Assembly: GCA_965226495.1 (NCBI GenBank)
Contig: OZ245365.1
Coordinates: 1,984,001-2,048,000, forward strand
DNA from: Candidatus Marinacidobacterales bacterium
GTDB lineage: Bacteria > Acidobacteriota > Vicinamibacteria > Marinacidobacterales > DATDRI01
Direction of reading: 5' to 3'
DNA: 64,000 bases
A model generated the notes under the pieces. The model was not told the origin of the DNA. It did not search any database and saw only the letters and a list, made by a program, of their open reading frames with translations. Position 1 is the stretch's first letter; every line of letters begins with the position of its first letter. Below are positions 60,084 through 64,000 of the stretch, in pieces. The position numbers and the translations under genes are program-made.

Positions 60084-60620
60084 ATGCCCAAAGAGGCAGC
60101 CGGACCAAAGAATCGCGGTAAGAAGGTGCTGAAGACAACCGGCGGAAGGAAGAAAGCAGCCAAAAAGAAGAAAGCCACAAAGCCCAAGGCTGTTGTCGCC
60201 AGGGGTAAGATAAAGAAATCGGACCCTGTCAGGATACCCAATGCGATTGGCCTCAAATCTCAGCACCTGGATTTCTTGACCCTCAGGATCGACCAGGTGA
60301 AGAAGTTCTACGTCGAGACTCTTGGTTTCCAACTTTTTAGCCACGACTCCCGCCTCAACTACCTGCACGTTCGCACGACGAGCGGGGCGAGCCTCGGGTT
60401 CATGCCGCCGAATCCCAGAATGATCGGTGAGCAGCCCCCTCCTAAGGAAGCGACCCTCTATTTCATGGTCGAGGATGTCGATCGCGTCTACACGAAGTTG
60501 ATCGCCAAGGGCGTCGGTTTCCTCGGTCCGCCCCAGGAGATGCCGTGGGGACACCGCGTGATCACCACGACCGATCCCGAGGGCCGGACGGTGATGCTCG
60601 CGTCGGAGATAGAGAGCTAA
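60084..60620 (+). CDS. VOC/glyoxalase-family protein with Lys-rich N-terminal tail
   Basis: FY.ETLGF, LYFMVEDVD, PQEMPWGHR...TDPEG; GGGAGGG RBS. Confidence 0.85.
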   Translation: MPKEAAGPKNRGKKVLKTTGGRKKAAKKKKATKPKAVVARGKIKKSDPVRIPNAIGLKSQHLDFLTLRIDQVKKFYVETLGFQLFSHDSRLNYLHVRTTSGASLGFMPPNPRMIGEQPPPKEATLYFMVEDVDRVYTKLIAKGVGFLGPPQEMPWGHRVITTTDPEGRTVMLASEIES

Positions 60621-60745
60621 TCGCCCGGCGGGCCGAAATAACTCAGTACGCGTGGGGCCCCACCGCCGTCTGGCCACCTCGTTCGATGGCACAACGTAGT
60701 TTGACGGCCGGCATGATCTGGAACTTCACGCTCACTTTCTTTTAC

Positions 60746-60818
60746 CAATCGCCCGGGGCCCCACCCCCAGGCGTGTCGCTTCGGCGGCGGGCGCCTCCGC
60801 GACAGCTGAAGGCTCCCC
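60746..60818 (-). repeat. Dispersed palindromic element, family A, copy 2
   Basis: Inverted copy of 29400-29474. Confidence 0.9.
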
Positions 60819-60920
60819 GGCCGGCGGGCCTCCGGCCCTTACGTGCTAACATAGGCCCGTGTTGGGACATTTAGGCCACCGAAGCGGTTCGCCCGCCATA
60901 CCTCTGTCGGTTTTCGAACA

Positions 60921-61931
60921 ATGAGCTCGCTGTTCTCTTTCATCCGCGAGCTCATCGATATCCCGTCGGTGACGGGTGACGAAGCCGATGTCGCCCGGTT
61001 CCTCGAAAAAACTCTGGGCGAGCGCGGTTTTCACGTGACGATGCAAGAGGTGGAGGCCGATCGGTACAACGTCTACGCCCTGACTAACGGCTCGCCGAAA
61101 GTCGTACTCTGTACCCATCTGGACACCGTCCCACCGTTTTACGCGAGCTCCGAGGACGATCGGTACATCTACGGTCGCGGTTCCTGCGATGCAAAAGGTT
61201 GCATGGCCGCGATGGTCGAAGCGGTTGCCGGTCTCCGCGAGAAGGGCGTCGAAGGGCTCGCACTTCTCTTCGTGGTAGGGGAGGAAGTCGACAGTATTGG
61301 AGCGAAGACCGCCAACCTATTGAAGCCCGGCTCCAGATACGTTTTGGTCGGTGAGCCCACCGAGAGCCGTATGGCGTCTGGACACAAGGGTACGTTTTAT
61401 TTCATATTGCGAGCGAAGGGGCGGGCCGCCCATTCTGCGTATCCGCATCTCGGCGACTCCGCTACCGACCGGCTCCTCGATGCACTACAGAAGATTCGAA
61501 AGGCCGACTGGGGACGGAATGATGTGCTCGGGCCGGCGACTGTGAACATTGGGACTCTCTCCGGCGGCTTAGCCCCCAACGTCATCGCGCCGGAGGCGGC
61601 TGCGGGAGTTCTGGTGCGGGTCGTCGGGAAGGCGTCAGAGGTGGAAGAGACTCTCGTGGAGGTACTGGCCGACGCTCCGAACCTAAGCTACGAGGTTTTG
61701 TCCAGAAACGACGCGGTGCTCTGCGAGACTCTGCCGGGTTTCGATGTAGCCCCGATGGCCTTCGGTACCGACATCCCATCGCTCACCGAGCTCGGAAAAC
61801 CTTTGCTATTCGGGCCGGGTTCAATCCACGATGCGCATACCTCCGAAGAGAAAATAGGCAAGCAAGACGCACTGCGAGCGGTAGAGCTTTATCAGCAGGC
61901 GGCGATTGGCTTGTTGGAGCGAGCCCAGTGA
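60921..61931 (+). CDS. M20 family metallo-hydrolase (ArgE/DapE-like)
   Basis: THLDTVP, GRGSCDAKG, GEE, GEPT, AHSA, GPGSI..AHT. Confidence 0.88.
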   Translation: MSSLFSFIRELIDIPSVTGDEADVARFLEKTLGERGFHVTMQEVEADRYNVYALTNGSPKVVLCTHLDTVPPFYASSEDDRYIYGRGSCDAKGCMAAMVEAVAGLREKGVEGLALLFVVGEEVDSIGAKTANLLKPGSRYVLVGEPTESRMASGHKGTFYFILRAKGRAAHSAYPHLGDSATDRLLDALQKIRKADWGRNDVLGPATVNIGTLSGGLAPNVIAPEAAAGVLVRVVGKASEVEETLVEVLADAPNLSYEVLSRNDAVLCETLPGFDVAPMAFGTDIPSLTELGKPLLFGPGSIHDAHTSEEKIGKQDALRAVELYQQAAIGLLERAQ

Positions 61932-63010
61932 CGAGCAAGCGACGCGAACCAAGGCTGAAAGTGGCGGTCCTGGGCGCTACCGGTGCGGTGGGGCAGAGAT
62001 TCATCGAGCTTTTGTCGTCGCATCCGTGGTTCGAAGTAGCTCGGCTCGCGGCTTCGGAGCGATCGGCGGGGAAGCGTTATCAGGATGCTTGCGGGTGGCG
62101 CCTTGCCACACCCGTTCCAGCGAAGATAGCAACCGAAATCGTGCAGGGGATGGAACCGGACGGCGAGATGGACTTGGCTTTCTCGGCGCTGAGTGCTTCG
62201 GTAGCCCCCGAAACAGAAATGGCCTGGGCCAAGGCCGGCGTGCCGGTTTTCAGCAACGCCCGAAGCTATCGTTTGGAGCCCGACGTTCCGCTCCTCATTC
62301 CCGAGATCAACCCGGAGCATCTCGGACTGGTCGAGAAGCAGAAGAAGTTTCGTGAGTTACCAGGTCGTGGCTTCATCGTCACCAACGCCAACTGCTCGAC
62401 AACCGTCCTGGCCATGGCTTTGGCGCCCCTCGAGCGGGTCTTCGGCCTGCGGCGACTCTCCGTCGTTACCCTCCAAGCGATCTCGGGCGCAGGATATCCG
62501 GGGCTTCCGTCGATGGAAATTCTGGGAAACGTGATCCCTTTCATCGCCGGGGAAGAAGAGAAGATGGAGGCGGAGACGCAGAAGATTCTGGGAAAGTTCG
62601 TAGACGGTGCGGTTGAGCCCGCGTCCATGACGGTTTCGGCGCAGGTCAACCGAGTCCCCGTTTTGGACGGCCACACCGAGTCCGTTTCGTTCGAGACTAC
62701 TCGGCCGGCAAGCCTCGAGGAAATTCGCGACGCGCTGGCAACTTTTCGCGGGGAGCCTCAGGAGCTGGATCTCCCGAGCGCTCCGGAGCGTCCGGTCGTC
62801 GTTCTCGACGGCCCCGACCGGCCCCAACCCATGTTGGATCTCTACCTTGAAAACGCCATGGCCACAATTGTAGGGCGCTTGCGTCCATGCCCAGTTCTCA
62901 ATTTTAAAATGACCCTACTTGGTCACAACACGGTCCGAGGTGCGGCCGGAGGCTCGATCCTGAACGCCGAACTAGCCATGGCGCGAGGTCTCATTGGAGA
63001 CGATCTATGA
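61928..63010 (+). CDS. asd: Aspartate-semialdehyde dehydrogenase (archaeal/fungal-like type)
   Basis: LGATGAVGQRF, ASERSAGK.Y, PLLIPEIN, NANCST, QAISGAGYPG, RVPV.DGH, HNTVRGAAGG. Confidence 0.93.
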   Translation: MTSKRREPRLKVAVLGATGAVGQRFIELLSSHPWFEVARLAASERSAGKRYQDACGWRLATPVPAKIATEIVQGMEPDGEMDLAFSALSASVAPETEMAWAKAGVPVFSNARSYRLEPDVPLLIPEINPEHLGLVEKQKKFRELPGRGFIVTNANCSTTVLAMALAPLERVFGLRRLSVVTLQAISGAGYPGLPSMEILGNVIPFIAGEEEKMEAETQKILGKFVDGAVEPASMTVSAQVNRVPVLDGHTESVSFETTRPASLEEIRDALATFRGEPQELDLPSAPERPVVVLDGPDRPQPMLDLYLENAMATIVGRLRPCPVLNFKMTLLGHNTVRGAAGGSILNAELAMARGLIGDDL

Positions 63011-64000
63011 TCGTCATGAAGTTCGGCGGCACGTCCGTGCAGGATGGTCCGGCCATGCGGCGCGTGGTCGAGATTGTGGAAAAAGAAAAGGACCGTCATC
63101 CGATCGTTGTGGTTTCCGCTATCGCGGGAGCTACAAACTCCTTGTTGGCCATGGGGCAGACGGCACTCTCCGGCAATACTCGCGCGGCGGAGGAGGTCCT
63201 CTCTGAGCTCGTGAGCCGACATCGATGGATCTTGTTCGACTTGGCTCTTGCGAAGTCCACCGAGCGTGAGGTTGCAGATGTTGTTGCGCACTACGCCGAA
63301 GAGCTCGGCAACTTCAGTCGAGGGGTGGTCTTGCTGCGCGAGCTCACGCCGCGTATCCAGGACGCCATAGTGAGTTACGGCGAACGCCTCTCGGTCGCCT
63401 TGCTGACCGCCGCTGCCCAGGCGCGAGACCTCGATGCCGTCCGGGTCGACGCCCGCGAGATCATGCGCACCGATTCGCGTTTCGGCAAAGCACGACCCGA
63501 CACCGAAGCCCTTCCGATGAGATGCCAAGAAACGATCGCCCCGGTCTTGGCCGCAGGGAAGATCCCGATTATTGAAGGCTTCGTCGGCTCAACCGACAGC
63601 GGTGAGCCCACCACCTTGGGTCGTGGAGGCTCCGATTACACCGCTGCTTTGTTGGGAGCCGCGCTTGGAGCCGAGGAAATCCAAATCTGGACCGACGTGG
63701 ACGGGATGCTTACCGCCGATCACCGGCTGGTGCCGGATGGCAAGAAGATCCGAGAACTGTCCTTCGCCGAGGCGGCGGAGCTCGCGTACTTCGGAGCTCG
63801 CGTGCTCCACCCCGCCACCATCGAACCCGCCGTCTCCCGCGACATCCCAGTTCGCATACTGAACTCACGCCGACCGTCCGCCAGTGGGACCACCATCGCT
63901 TCCCGCGCCCGCAAAACCGGGGTTGCGGTTAAGTCCATCGCTGCAAAGAAAGGAATCACCGTCATCGACGTCAAGTCGCTCCGGATGTTGATGGCGCACG
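63007..64000 (+). CDS. lysC: Aspartate kinase; runs off the right edge of the window
   Basis: Not in the ORF track; translated by hand: MIVMKFGGTSV...VVVSA...SYGERLS...TTLGRGGSDYTAA...IWTDVDG...ELAYFGARVLHP. Confidence 0.95.
   Translation, partial: MIVMKFGGTSVQDGPAMRRVVEIVEKEKDRHPIVVVSAIAGATNSLLAMGQTALSGNTRAAEEVLSELVSRHRWILFDLALAKSTEREVADVVAHYAEELGNFSRGVVLLRELTPRIQDAIVSYGERLSVALLTAAAQARDLDAVRVDAREIMRTDSRFGKARPDTEALPMRCQETIAPVLAAGKIPIIEGFVGSTDSGEPTTLGRGGSDYTAALLGAALGAEEIQIWTDVDGMLTADHRLVPDGKKIRELSFAEAAELAYFGARVLHPATIEPAVSRDIPVRILNSRRPSASGTTIASRARKTGVAVKSIAAKKGITVIDVKSLRMLMAH

Overview
Chromosomal DNA of about 60% GC from a diderm bacterium. The gene content (GWxTD protein, Oar-type TonB-dependent receptor, paired CRTAC1/ASPIC-UnbV proteins, DUF4388, clpC-bamA-skp synteny) points to Acidobacteriota; this is an inference. 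I saw no prophage, transposase, CRISPR array, rRNA or tRNA. The window has five blocks. (1) An exported PIMT, a membrane SAM-domain protein and a lipoprotein aminopeptidase P. (2) A selenium/molybdenum-hydroxylase accessory cluster: cysK-like, thrC-like, yqeC, mocA, xdhC, carbamate kinase, hpt. (3) deoC and rpiB, both with N-terminal extensions typical of sugar-phosphate-utilisation (SPU) microcompartment cargo, but with no shell genes in the window. (4) A GWxTD / TBDR-CRTAC1-TPR-CRTAC1-TonB envelope module with a cluster of frameshifts, probably sequencing errors, followed by a nucleoside catabolism operon (pdp-nupC-PNP-cdd, upp; deoB further on). (5) Housekeeping operons: hbd-crt-ribH-nusB-lysS-lolE-lolD, clpC-bamA-skp-fabZ-lpxA-lpxI-gnnA-like, miaA-hfq-deoB, yceD-rpmF-plsX-fabDG-acpP-fabF-HDAC, amrS, M20-asd-lysC. 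The most notable non-coding signals are a tandem 52-bp structured repeat in the putative leader of a Lys-rich VOC gene, several dispersed palindromic repeats that have entered coding sequences, and 7- and 9-bp microrepeats.
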